From contig CAVSLC010000004.1 in NCBI GenBank assembly GCA_963728565.1, positions 32,250 to 96,249 of the forward strand: a stretch of DNA of 64,000 nt. The letters are read 5' to 3'. The position numbers and the translations under genes are program-made. Under the pieces are notes generated by a model. That model had not been told where the DNA came from. It did no database searches and saw nothing but the letters and a program-made list of their open reading frames with translations. This stretch comes from an uncultured delta proteobacterium. GTDB lineage: Bacteria > Desulfobacterota > Binatia > UBA9968. Within the stretch, counting starts at the first letter, position 1. Every line of letters begins with the position of its first letter. This document shows, piece after piece, positions 54,538 through 63,833 of the stretch.

Positions 54538-57078
54538 TCAGCGCCACTCGTGCTTTGGATACCTGCGCCGCAACTCGTGCTTGAGTTTAGGATAGGTGTC
54601 ACTCCAAAAATTCGACAGGTCGTCAGTGACCTGCACCGGACGATTACTTGGCGCGAGCACCTCGATCCGCAGGACAACACGCCCGCTGGCGATACGCAGC
54701 GCATTTTTAACGCTGTAGAGATCCTGAATGCGCGCCGCAATCGTCGGGGGCGCGTCGACGGAGTAGATCACTTTCACTGTCCGGCCTCCGGGTAACTGCA
54801 TGCGCTCGGGTGCATACTCCTCGATCCACGCCTGTTGCCGCCGTGACAGCCATGTTTTGATCATCGACAAGACCGGTCGATTTCGGATTTCGTTGTAGCT
54901 AAGCGCGCCGTGGCAGATGTGCTCGAAGATGGAAAGGCGGTCCATCTCTCTAATCGCCGGCAGTTCGAGTTCCGGCATCCATTCCCGTAATCGGTTGACG
55001 CGCAGGATCCACTGTTCAACCGATTCATCCCAGTTCTCGAGCCGACAGCGGCCGGCGGCAACTTCCCGCGCTAGAATCGCGGCCGCCTCATCACCGGGCG
55101 GTTTATCGGAAATCTTCTCTCGTAAAACCAGATCACGGAATCGGACTTCGTCGCGCGCGATAACGCGGCGCTGCGCCGGATCGTAGGAGACGTTGCGGCT
55201 TTCGGTGAACTCGTGAGGAAACAGTTCGCGCAACCACTCCTCCCTGATCGCGGTGGCCAGACTCAGCACGACATTCAACGTTCGATCCTTAGTGGCGCCG
55301 CTTTCCACCTCGCGCGCTTCCGACACGACAAAAAGTGGCGCTTGGACAGCACTGTCGCGGGCCAAAACACCACGCCGGCCGTGGGTCAATTCGCAGCGTA
55401 GCGAGCCGGGACGGAGACGTTTGGCGAGGTGGTCAGAAAACCCAAGAAGCACGCAACGCTGCACGGCTTCGTGCGCCACCGGCTTCTGGCGGATATCGAA
55501 ACCTTCGGCCGCCGCGATGCTCAAGAACTGCTCGAAAAGCAGTCCGATCTGACGCGCCGCTTGCGCGTCAATGCCCATGCCGCGGCAAAGCTCGTCGTCA
55601 TAGCCGTTGCGCTGGGCGTACCTCCAGCAGCGCATCAGCGCCAGGAAGTCAGACTCGGTCTCATCATCGAACAGATCGCCGCGCCGGTCGTCTACCTGTT
55701 TGGCTTGGCGGCGCGTGAGTAGGTCACGCCCTTGCGTTAAGGCGGCGATCAATGCCACCGGCCGCACGCAATCGTATTCTTGGGCGCCCAGCAGCATGCG
55801 GGCATAACGTGGGTGAATCGGAAACGAGATCATGCGCCGTCCGAGCGGAGTGATAACACCGGCGATGTCCTCGATCGCTCCCAAATCAACGAGCAACGTC
55901 TCGGCCCGTCTAAGCGCGCGCGGGTCGGGAGTTTCCAACCACTGAAATGTCATCAAGTCGTTTACCCCGCTGGCTTTGAGAGTGAGGATCACCTCGGACA
56001 GATCCAGGCGTCTTACCTCCGGGAGTTCCTGAGCCGGGCGCGCGTTGTGCTCATGCGCAGTCCAGAGACGCAAACAGTGGCCAGGCGCAGTGCGTCCCGC
56101 GCGGCCCGCCCGCTGGTCGGCTGCGGCGCGGCTGATTTTTTCGATCAGCAACGTGTTGATGCCGCGATATGGATCATAGCGGAGACCTCGAGCCAAACCG
56201 CTGTCGATCACCACGCGCACACCGTCTATGGTAAGCGACGTTTCCGCAACGTTAGTGGCAACGATGATCTTACGCCGGCCGTAACGCGCTATAGCGGCGT
56301 CCTGCTCGGCCGGCGGCAATTCACCGTGCAGCGGCAATATCAGAATTTGCGGCCCCAAAGCATTGCGCGCGGCTCGCACCGTACGCATGATCTCATATGC
56401 GCCCGGCATAAAAATTAGCGCATCCCCTTCGGGATGCGTCCGCAACAAGCCCTTGAGCTCTCTCACCGCGAGTTCCCAGACGGATGTTTCCCGCGCAGGT
56501 TTCTCCAGATAATCGATGGTCACCGGGTAAGTGCGGCCTTCGGACGACAACAATGCGCAAGGATGGAGATAGTCCTGCACCGCGGCTACATCCAACGTCG
56601 CCGACATCACCAGAATGATGAGATCGGGTCGGGTCGTTGCCTGAACCTGCAGAGCGCGCGCCAGGGTGATGTCGCCGAAAAGGTGGCGTTCGTGAAATTC
56701 ATCGAACACGACGGCGCTGACGCCTCTTAATTCGGGATCAGCCAACATCCGGCGCAGCAGGACGCCTTCGGTGAGGTAACAAATACGGGTCGCGGCAGAG
56801 GTCACGTTATCCAGGCGGATCTGGTAGCCCACTTGGTCGCCGAGTTTAACGCCGCGAGTTCGAGCGACCCAGGCGGCAAGCATACGCGTGGGCAACCGGC
56901 GCGGCTGCAACACCGCTACTTGGCCGTCCCGCAACAAGCCACTGTCGAGCAGCATCTGCGGCACTTGGGTTGACTTGCCTGATCCGGTCGGCGCGGTGAG
57001 AACCAAGCGCCTCCCTGTCTTCAGCGATTCGAGCAGTTGCTGCTCGATTTTAAAAATCGGTAAATCCGGCTTAGGCAT
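54538..57078 (-). CDS. hrpB: ATP-dependent RNA helicase HrpB (DEAH box)
   Basis: 846 aa. LTAPTGSGKST, DEFHER and QRAGRAGR motifs, plus a C-terminal HrpB-specific domain. Confidence 0.9.
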   Translation of the reverse strand: MPKPDLPIFKIEQQLLESLKTGRRLVLTAPTGSGKSTQVPQMLLDSGLLRDGQVAVLQPRRLPTRMLAAWVARTRGVKLGDQVGYQIRLDNVTSAATRICYLTEGVLLRRMLADPELRGVSAVVFDEFHERHLFGDITLARALQVQATTRPDLIILVMSATLDVAAVQDYLHPCALLSSEGRTYPVTIDYLEKPARETSVWELAVRELKGLLRTHPEGDALIFMPGAYEIMRTVRAARNALGPQILILPLHGELPPAEQDAAIARYGRRKIIVATNVAETSLTIDGVRVVIDSGLARGLRYDPYRGINTLLIEKISRAAADQRAGRAGRTAPGHCLRLWTAHEHNARPAQELPEVRRLDLSEVILTLKASGVNDLMTFQWLETPDPRALRRAETLLVDLGAIEDIAGVITPLGRRMISFPIHPRYARMLLGAQEYDCVRPVALIAALTQGRDLLTRRQAKQVDDRRGDLFDDETESDFLALMRCWRYAQRNGYDDELCRGMGIDAQAARQIGLLFEQFLSIAAAEGFDIRQKPVAHEAVQRCVLLGFSDHLAKRLRPGSLRCELTHGRRGVLARDSAVQAPLFVVSEAREVESGATKDRTLNVVLSLATAIREEWLRELFPHEFTESRNVSYDPAQRRVIARDEVRFRDLVLREKISDKPPGDEAAAILAREVAAGRCRLENWDESVEQWILRVNRLREWMPELELPAIREMDRLSIFEHICHGALSYNEIRNRPVLSMIKTWLSRRQQAWIEEYAPERMQLPGGRTVKVIYSVDAPPTIAARIQDLYSVKNALRIASGRVVLRIEVLAPSNRPVQVTDDLSNFWSDTYPKLKHELRRRYPKHEWR

Positions 57079-57161
57079 CGATGAAAGAATACCGAGAGCT
57101 TCGGTCGGCTGTTTGGAAGCGAATCAGCTGTGCGCTGTCTTGGAAATTTCCTGTAACGCCG

Positions 57162-58661
57162 CTAGACGGTGCTCTCGTCGTAGGTTGCCAGGCAACGATC
57201 GACCAATGCCTCCGCAGCCGTCCAATCAAAGGTGCGGAACTCGCGTCCCTGAATAGACGTGGGCTCGCCGGCGTAAAACATCTCATACTGCAGATGACGC
57301 GAGCCAAACTCCGAACCCACGGCGTCCCACAACAGCTTCAGCAGCTTCACCCGGTCGCGGCCGGCGGCTTTCGGCCAACGCACATAGCGGTCGATATCCA
57401 CCGCCGACGATGCGGCGCGCAGCTCAGCTGCCGCTGCCGGCAACTGGATGAGGCTCCCGCCCATCAGTCCGCGGATCTGATTGAGCAACGCCGGATACAT
57501 CGCCTGCTGTAACACCTGGCTGGCATAAAGCAGGGAATCCTTGGGGCGCATGACACCAAACTGGTCCGGCTCCGCGGCCGCTTCGGCGCCAAGGATCATC
57601 CCTTCGATGAGTGAGACACGGGTAGCGAGGTCGCCGAGTTGCGCGATTACCTCGATATTGGCCGAACGGCCGCTCAGATCCATGCAGCGTTTGACCAGTC
57701 CCACCAGGAACTGCAGCTTTGCCCACGAGCGGATGTGTGACTGCGTGTTTCCCAGCACGTGCGCTGCGGTAACACTGAACTGACCCGCTGTAAGCTCGAT
57801 GTTCTTATAGATGAACACGTCCTCCCACGGCACCAGAACATCATCGAAGACGACCAGCGAATCGGTTTCGTCGAAACGGCTCGAGAGCGGGTAGTCGAAT
57901 ACGCTGTTAGCTCCGAGCGCATACGGCCGGCGCGGGTAGAGCTTCAGACCGGCCGCGCCATTCGGAACCACGCAGGAAATCGCGTAGTCTTCGTCGCCCG
58001 GCTTGAGCGGCAGGATCACCGTGAGCAGCACATAATCGGACATCACTGAGCCTGTGCCGAGCATCTGCGCACCACGGATGACGATGCCGTTGTCGCGCTC
58101 GGCAGCGGCGCCGGCGTAGAGGTACGGCTCGTGCTGCTGGTGCGCCGGTTTGGCGCGATCGACGGTGGGATGGACGATGACGTAGCTGACGTAGAGGTCC
58201 TCATCGGCGGCCTTTGCCGCGAAACGCGAGATATTGTCAGCGAATTGTTGGCCGCCCCGGGCGTAGAACTCAGGCGAGCCCGCGAACCCCGCAAAAAACG
58301 ATGCAACATGATCGGGCGAGCGCCCGAGCAAGCCATAGCTTGCATCGGCCCAGAACTTAATCGCGTGCCGCCGCGTCGCCAGGTCGTCACGGCTGCGCGG
58401 CACCAGCCAGGACTTGTTGACAGGACGACCGTCGCGCGGCGACGGATAGCTCATCAGCTCGCGATTAGCAGGATCGGCAGCGAGATCGTAAAGGCCGGCG
58501 ATGCTCCGGATCCCGGCGGCAAAGGCTGGATGGGTCGTCACGTCGGGCACTCGTTCGCCGTTCAACAGCACCGTGCGTCCGTCATGCAAGCCGCGCACAT
58601 ACTCCTCACCACGGCGAGTCACGTCTGGCTCCCTTGCCCGGGCTTGGTTGCTAAATCGCAC
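57162..58661 (-). CDS. HpaB-family (4-hydroxyphenylacetate 3-monooxygenase-like) flavin-dependent oxygenase component
   Basis: 499 aa. Length and N-terminal pattern (EYVRGLHDGRTVLLNGERV.DVTTHPAF) fit the HpaB/PvcC family. It lacks the Cys/His cluster expected for the related 4-hydroxybutyryl-CoA dehydratases. Confidence 0.7.
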   Translation of the reverse strand: MRFSNQARAREPDVTRRGEEYVRGLHDGRTVLLNGERVPDVTTHPAFAAGIRSIAGLYDLAADPANRELMSYPSPRDGRPVNKSWLVPRSRDDLATRRHAIKFWADASYGLLGRSPDHVASFFAGFAGSPEFYARGGQQFADNISRFAAKAADEDLYVSYVIVHPTVDRAKPAHQQHEPYLYAGAAAERDNGIVIRGAQMLGTGSVMSDYVLLTVILPLKPGDEDYAISCVVPNGAAGLKLYPRRPYALGANSVFDYPLSSRFDETDSLVVFDDVLVPWEDVFIYKNIELTAGQFSVTAAHVLGNTQSHIRSWAKLQFLVGLVKRCMDLSGRSANIEVIAQLGDLATRVSLIEGMILGAEAAAEPDQFGVMRPKDSLLYASQVLQQAMYPALLNQIRGLMGGSLIQLPAAAAELRAASSAVDIDRYVRWPKAAGRDRVKLLKLLWDAVGSEFGSRHLQYEMFYAGEPTSIQGREFRTFDWTAAEALVDRCLATYDESTV

Positions 58662-58845
58662 GTTTTTCTGAAACCGTCGGTGTTCATCAACTTCCTGGCC
58701 ATAATCAAATCATCCTATAGTTGCCGGCGCCGGGCTACTGCAACCTCGGAGCGCTGCCTGAAGAAAGTTGCTCATGATCGCTGCCGTCGTCGCTTGCGCG
58801 AAAATGGCGAGCGCAACGATGATTATCAGTCTTTTCAGCAGGCTT

Positions 58846-59346
58846 CTAGGATTGCTTCCTGTGAGTTCTCTGCTCGAGAGAGCGGCGGGACAAATCTCGG
58901 CCCATGCGAAGCGCTGCCTCAACTCCTTGATAGTAGCCGGGAAGCTGAAGCAGTGTGCGGTAACCCATTCGACTATAAAAGATTTGCGCTTCTTCATTCC
59001 CCGCGCGCACTTCGAGATCAACCTTGAATATGCCCGCTACGACGGCGCATTCTTCCAGCCACTCCATCATTTGGCGCCCGATGCCGCTTCTCCTATAGGG
59101 CGGAGCCACAGCGAGAAGATCCAAGTGTGCGTCGTCATCGCCATAGCGCATGATGGCAAAGCCGGCAATCTCTTCGTGCATAGATGCAACCAGTACGTTG
59201 ACGTTGGCAGCGCGAATACTTGCTGTGATCCGCACCGGCGTCCAGCGCCAGTTGAGACCGTATTCGATCAAATCGCGGGAGAGATTGGCAATGCTGTCGG
59301 CGTCTGCCAAGCGCGCCAATCGCAAGGATAGCTCAGAGTGTATCAT
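58846..59346 (-). CDS. GNAT-family N-acetyltransferase (RimI-like)
   Basis: 166 aa. The acetyl-CoA binding motif LLAVAPPYRRSGIGRQMM matches the Q/RxxGxG/A pattern. Confidence 0.8.
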   Translation of the reverse strand: MIHSELSLRLARLADADSIANLSRDLIEYGLNWRWTPVRITASIRAANVNVLVASMHEEIAGFAIMRYGDDDAHLDLLAVAPPYRRSGIGRQMMEWLEECAVVAGIFKVDLEVRAGNEEAQIFYSRMGYRTLLQLPGYYQGVEAALRMGRDLSRRSLEQRTHRKQS

Positions 59347-59811
59347 CGGGTGCCCGACCTAACGAACCGGATTTTCCCGCAAAGCTGGGGAGCAATCAAG
59401 TTCCAGTTCAATGATCTCGGCATGCTCACTGTGACCCATATTCCAATTGTAAAACACAGACTGGCCCGTGTCGTCTTTCGATGAACCAATCGTCTGACCG
59501 AAACCCGAAAAAGCAGGCGCCGCTTTCGGCGAGAGCGAAAATTGGCGACATTCCTTACGCGCACCACGCTATAACGGGCTGAGGAAGCGAGGCGGGTTCC
59601 GGCTCTTGTTGCCGCAACTTCTATCATTGTAATTATCCTCGATACTACTACACCGGTTCATCGGGCATCACACGACTCACGTGTGACACAGATCGATCCG
59701 TGCCGCTAACTTTGATTGACAGGCTCCCGAGCTCATAGTACGTAACTGCCATCCCTATGAGAACGCCTGGCGGATTTTGAATCGAGAACTTACTCTCTCA
59801 AGGATGCACCG

Positions 59812-60807
59812 ATGACCAAGATGACATCGACACTCAGGTATGGTGCCTGTCTCTTCGTGCTCGTATCGATAACCTCAGTGAGTCGCGGTGACGCGCAGCA
59901 AACTCCAAAATTGACGCCGATCAACTACGGGACCATCACCCTATCTGCATTGCACTGGCCCTATTTGATCGCAGAGCAGGAAGGCATGCTCCAAAAAGAA
60001 GGCTTGGAGATCAAGCGCGTTCTCGGCGGCACTACCACGGCCACCTCCCAGGCGCTGGTCGCGGGCTCCACGGATTTCGCGCAGATGAATTTGGTGCAGC
60101 TGCTCTCCGCTAATTCGGCGGGAGCCGATCTCGTCGCGGTAGCCGGTGATACCCTGGTGCCCATTTATGCGCTGGTGGTGCATCCCTCGATCAAGAGTTA
60201 TGCCGATTTAAAGGGAAAGCGATTAGCAGTCGCAGGCCCCACCGATCCTTTGAACTACATTATGGCGCGGATGCTCGCGGCCAACGGTCTCACGCCTGCC
60301 GACTATGAAATGCTCGGGCTGGGTGGAACTCCAACGCGCCTGGCGGCGGTGGAAAAAGGCGGCGTCGCCGGGGCATTGGTCAATCAGCCCTCGGATTTCA
60401 AAGCGATCGCCTCGGGAATGCGTTTGCTCGGCTACTCGTCGGATTATGTCGACAACTTTCAATACACGGTAACCGGCATGCGCCGCGACTGGGCGCAAGC
60501 AAACAGGCCTTTGACCGTGCGCTTTCTTCGCGCTTTCGCGCGTGCCTGCGAGTTCTTCTATGAGCCAAAAAACAAGGAGGCCGTGCTGCGGGCGTTGATC
60601 GACAAGGCGAAAGCCGACCGTGATGATGCCGAAAAAACCTATAATCTTTTCGTTAAAACCAAAAAATCGATTCCGCAGGATGGAGCCGTGGATATCAAAG
60701 GCGCGCGCATCGTCGCCGAAAGCTGGAAGGAATTCGGTTTGCAAAAGCCGCCTCCGCCGGTCGACGGCGTAATCGATATGAGCTATCTGCAGGAAGCAAG
60801 GAAGTAG
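59812..60807 (+). CDS. NMT1/TauA-like periplasmic solute-binding protein
   Basis: Signal peptide. It is a paralog of the ORFs at 7145 and 29024 (LKGKRLAVAGPTDPLNYIMARMLAANGLTPADYEM). Confidence 0.7.
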   Translation: MTKMTSTLRYGACLFVLVSITSVSRGDAQQTPKLTPINYGTITLSALHWPYLIAEQEGMLQKEGLEIKRVLGGTTTATSQALVAGSTDFAQMNLVQLLSANSAGADLVAVAGDTLVPIYALVVHPSIKSYADLKGKRLAVAGPTDPLNYIMARMLAANGLTPADYEMLGLGGTPTRLAAVEKGGVAGALVNQPSDFKAIASGMRLLGYSSDYVDNFQYTVTGMRRDWAQANRPLTVRFLRAFARACEFFYEPKNKEAVLRALIDKAKADRDDAEKTYNLFVKTKKSIPQDGAVDIKGARIVAESWKEFGLQKPPPPVDGVIDMSYLQEARK

Positions 60808-60820
60808 GACCCGTTCAACA

Positions 60821-61978
60821 GTGAAAAACGATGAGCTCTCATACAACTTAGGCGACACCGTCGATCGCCTGATCTCGGTTCAATATTTCATGTCAGGCGG
60901 CGGCTCGGCCCTGACCCGCAAGCCGGTAACCGGCGTGCTCTACGAAGCCGCCCGCGAAAAGGCCGGCGCGCCGCTCTGTCATCTTGCGGCCAAAACGCTT
61001 GCGGACAATGTTCAGCGCGGCGACACCGTGCTGATCACCACTGGCCTGATTGCGCCGCCATACATGATCGCCGAAGGCGACGGCCCGATTGCTGCCGCGA
61101 CGCTTGCGCGGGCTATCGACGTCGGTCTTGACGCGACTCCGATCATCGTTTGCGAAGCAGTCGTGGTGAAAGCCATGGAGGCTCTTTGCCAGGCCGCCGG
61201 CCTAATGCCAAGCGCTCCCGAGCTGGCGGTCGGAACGCCGAGAAAAGTCATCGTTCTGCCGTTTCCTCTCGACGACGACTTGGGGCGGCGCGAGGCGATT
61301 CGACTTTTGGATCAGTTCAAACCGAAAGCCGTCGTGGCTATAGAAAAGTTATCCAAGAATGTTAAAGGCATTTATCACAATGGCTTCGGCATCGACGTGT
61401 CGTCGGTACAAGCAAAAGTGGATTACCTTTTTGACTTCGCGCGCGACCGCGGCATACCTACGATAGGCGTCGGTGACGGCGGCAACGAAATCGGCACTGC
61501 CTGTATCGCCGACGCCGTCCGCAAAGTCGTGCCCACCGGCGCCAAATGCGGCTGTCCGTGCGAGTCCGGCATCGCCGCCGCGACTCACGCCGACTATTGC
61601 GTGTTCGGTTCCAAGTCGAACTATGGCGGCTTCGCCATCGAGGCCTGCCTGGCCGCGGGACTGGAGCGGCCCGAAATCTTTCACAGCGAAGTTGTCGCTC
61701 GGCGCGTACATGAGGCGGGCGCAACCATGGGTCTGGTGGATCCGTTCACCGGACTCGCGTTCGGTTGGGACGACTTTCCGGTGCACAAAAACGTCAATGA
61801 ACTTGTCACTAATCTGATTCGCTACATGCTAGCCGTGCGCGTGGTGCCGCGCTGGTATAAAGATTCGATCATGGGACCGAGCCAGAAGTGGATCCATGAA
61901 CGCTCGTTCGCCGAAGACTTGGTCTCGCGTTGGGCGAAATCCATCATTGACTCGGAAAAAGAATTCTTCCCGAAGTAG
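60821..61978 (+). CDS. DUF4392-like (D-glutamate cyclase-like) protein
   Basis: 385 aa. The segment TTGLIAPPYMIAEGDGPIAAATLARAI resembles, from memory, the TG....ETDGPPGA..LARAL core of DUF4392. GTG start. Tentative call. Confidence 0.4.
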   Translation: MKNDELSYNLGDTVDRLISVQYFMSGGGSALTRKPVTGVLYEAAREKAGAPLCHLAAKTLADNVQRGDTVLITTGLIAPPYMIAEGDGPIAAATLARAIDVGLDATPIIVCEAVVVKAMEALCQAAGLMPSAPELAVGTPRKVIVLPFPLDDDLGRREAIRLLDQFKPKAVVAIEKLSKNVKGIYHNGFGIDVSSVQAKVDYLFDFARDRGIPTIGVGDGGNEIGTACIADAVRKVVPTGAKCGCPCESGIAAATHADYCVFGSKSNYGGFAIEACLAAGLERPEIFHSEVVARRVHEAGATMGLVDPFTGLAFGWDDFPVHKNVNELVTNLIRYMLAVRVVPRWYKDSIMGPSQKWIHERSFAEDLVSRWAKSIIDSEKEFFPK

Positions 61979-61981
61979 GTT

Positions 61982-63418
61982 ATGACGAAGATCACCGCCG
62001 ATATCGTTTTTAAGAACGGCTGGGTCGTCACGCCTTCCGGTGTCATCGAGGGCGGCATTGCCGTCGCCGACGGAAAGATCGCCGCGGTCGGTAGCGATGC
62101 GTTTTTGCCGGATGCAGAGCAGATCATCGACTTGGGCGGCAAACATCTTCTTCCGGGAGTGATCGATCCCGAGTGTCACCTCGGCGGCCATCGCGACCTG
62201 GCCGCCGATTTTAAAAGCGAGACACGGGCCGCCGCCGCTACCGGCGTGACGACCTGGGGTTTGCAGCTCGTAAGCCTGGCGATCACCGGCGGCGCCGATA
62301 AAGTGAAGGGGCCCTCCGATATTCCGAATTTCACGAAATCGATGCCAACTTTCTACGAGGCGGCGAAAACCGCGGCCATCGATTTCTTTCTGACGCCGAT
62401 CATCAGTACTGACGAGCAGGTCAAAGAAATCCCCTATCTGGCGAACGAACACGGCATCAGCTCCTTCAAGCTCCACTTGCAGATGCAGGGACCGTGGAAG
62501 TCCTCATGGCCGGCTTACTTTTTTGACGATGGCAGCATTTACTCGGTCTTTCAGGAGGTCGCCAAGCTCGGCGCGCCAGCGATCGCGCTGCTTCACTGCG
62601 AGAACTGGGAGATCGCCCAGGTGCTGCAGAAGCAGCTGATGGACGCCGGGCGCAGCGACATGGGCGCCTGGGATGATCGCTCGCCGGCTTTCACCGAGGT
62701 CGGTCACGCCCGGACCTACCTTTATTATGCCCGGATCGCCGGCTGTCCAATTTACGTCGTGCACTGTACAACGACCGACACCGTCGCGGAAATCGAGAGA
62801 GCCAAAGCAGAAGGCTTGACGGTCTATAGCGAAATCGGCACCCACTATCTCGTGCTGCACAAGGACGCGTGGAAGATCAACGTGCCGCTGCGCGATCGCT
62901 CTACACACGAAAGTCTATGGAAGGCGCTCGCGTCCGGCGCCATCGATTGCATCGGCAGCGATCACGTCGCGCACACCAGAACCCGCGAGTCCATGCAGAC
63001 GGGCAACGTCTTTACCACCGTCAGCGGTTTTCCTTCACGGGTGGAAGGGATGCTGCCGATGATGCTCAGCGAGGGCGTAAATAAGGATCGAATCTCAATC
63101 GAGCGCCTGGCCCAAGTCGCCAGTGAAAATCCAGCGCGCATCTTCGGCCTTTATCCGAAGAAAGGCGCGATCCTGCCGGGCGCCGATGCGGATCTTGTGG
63201 TCGTCGATTTGAAGCGGCGTGCAAAGATCACGAAGGAACTTCTTCACACGGTGACACCCTGGTCCATCTACGAAGGTTGGGATGTCACCGGCTGGCCGGT
63301 TATGACTATCGTCCGAGGTAACATTGTGATGGAATGGCCTGAGGGCGCTCCTCGCGCCAGGGTCACCGAAACTTCCACGGGCCAGTATCTCAAAAGGCAA
63401 CTCAGCCGCACAATCTGA
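61982..63418 (+). CDS. cyclic amidohydrolase of the dihydropyrimidinase / hydantoinase / allantoinase type
   Basis: 478 aa. Beta-sandwich N-terminus (IVFKNGWVVTPSG...IAVADGKIAAVG), SFKLH (carbamylated-Lys position), LLHCEN, VVHCTT and GSDHVAH. The first metal motif reads DPECH instead of DPHxH. Confidence 0.75.
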   Translation: MTKITADIVFKNGWVVTPSGVIEGGIAVADGKIAAVGSDAFLPDAEQIIDLGGKHLLPGVIDPECHLGGHRDLAADFKSETRAAAATGVTTWGLQLVSLAITGGADKVKGPSDIPNFTKSMPTFYEAAKTAAIDFFLTPIISTDEQVKEIPYLANEHGISSFKLHLQMQGPWKSSWPAYFFDDGSIYSVFQEVAKLGAPAIALLHCENWEIAQVLQKQLMDAGRSDMGAWDDRSPAFTEVGHARTYLYYARIAGCPIYVVHCTTTDTVAEIERAKAEGLTVYSEIGTHYLVLHKDAWKINVPLRDRSTHESLWKALASGAIDCIGSDHVAHTRTRESMQTGNVFTTVSGFPSRVEGMLPMMLSEGVNKDRISIERLAQVASENPARIFGLYPKKGAILPGADADLVVVDLKRRAKITKELLHTVTPWSIYEGWDVTGWPVMTIVRGNIVMEWPEGAPRARVTETSTGQYLKRQLSRTI

Positions 63419-63833
63419 TCCTGGACTCTGCGAGATAGCCGTCGAGCGAAATGTTTCTGTTCACCACGAAACGCATAAAGGACACGAAGAGCAAACAATC
63501 GAGCTAGAGCACGAACCTGGATGCAACATGTTTTATTTTTCTTCGCGCCCTTCGTGTCCTCCGTGGTGGTATACACCGGATAAAGTAGCAACAGCGTGAG
63601 ACACTGCACTAGGTGAGAAAAAACCTCCGTCGGCAACCCTATCGAAAGACTAACGCGCTTTGATGCGGCTTTTAATCTGGTAATCTTCAGGCAGAGAATC
63701 TTGAATCATTGGAAATCGCTATCACTCCAGAGCATGCGCTGTCATTGTGGTCGTGATTACTCGAGCAAAAGCTGCTTGAATGATGTCCTTGTATCGACAG
63801 CGCATCAACATGCCCGTCATCTAAGATCATCCC

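Noticed and set aside
55907-55913. Additional CGTCTAA heptamers, at 55907 on the plus strand inside hrpB and at 19872..19878 on the minus strand.
   Set aside because: Neither has a GGTWAAC-like -35 element at 16-nt spacing, and neither precedes a gene in the right orientation. They are treated as chance matches.
57162-58661. Alternative call as 4-hydroxybutyryl-CoA dehydratase, which belongs to the same superfamily as HpaB.
   Set aside because: The protein has only three scattered cysteines, with no clustered Cys/His ligand set for the [4Fe-4S] centre. The HpaB-type oxygenase call is favoured, and no partner flavin reductase is adjacent.
59343-59627. 94-aa minus-strand ORF in the 465-nt region between the GNAT gene and the binding-protein gene. 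A second frame there reads ...GQSVFYNWNMGHSEHAEIIELELDCSPALRENPVR.
   Set aside because: The listed ORF is Arg-rich and not protein-like. The second frame has no usable start beyond a 24-codon tail. It may be a gene remnant, but I cannot support a call.
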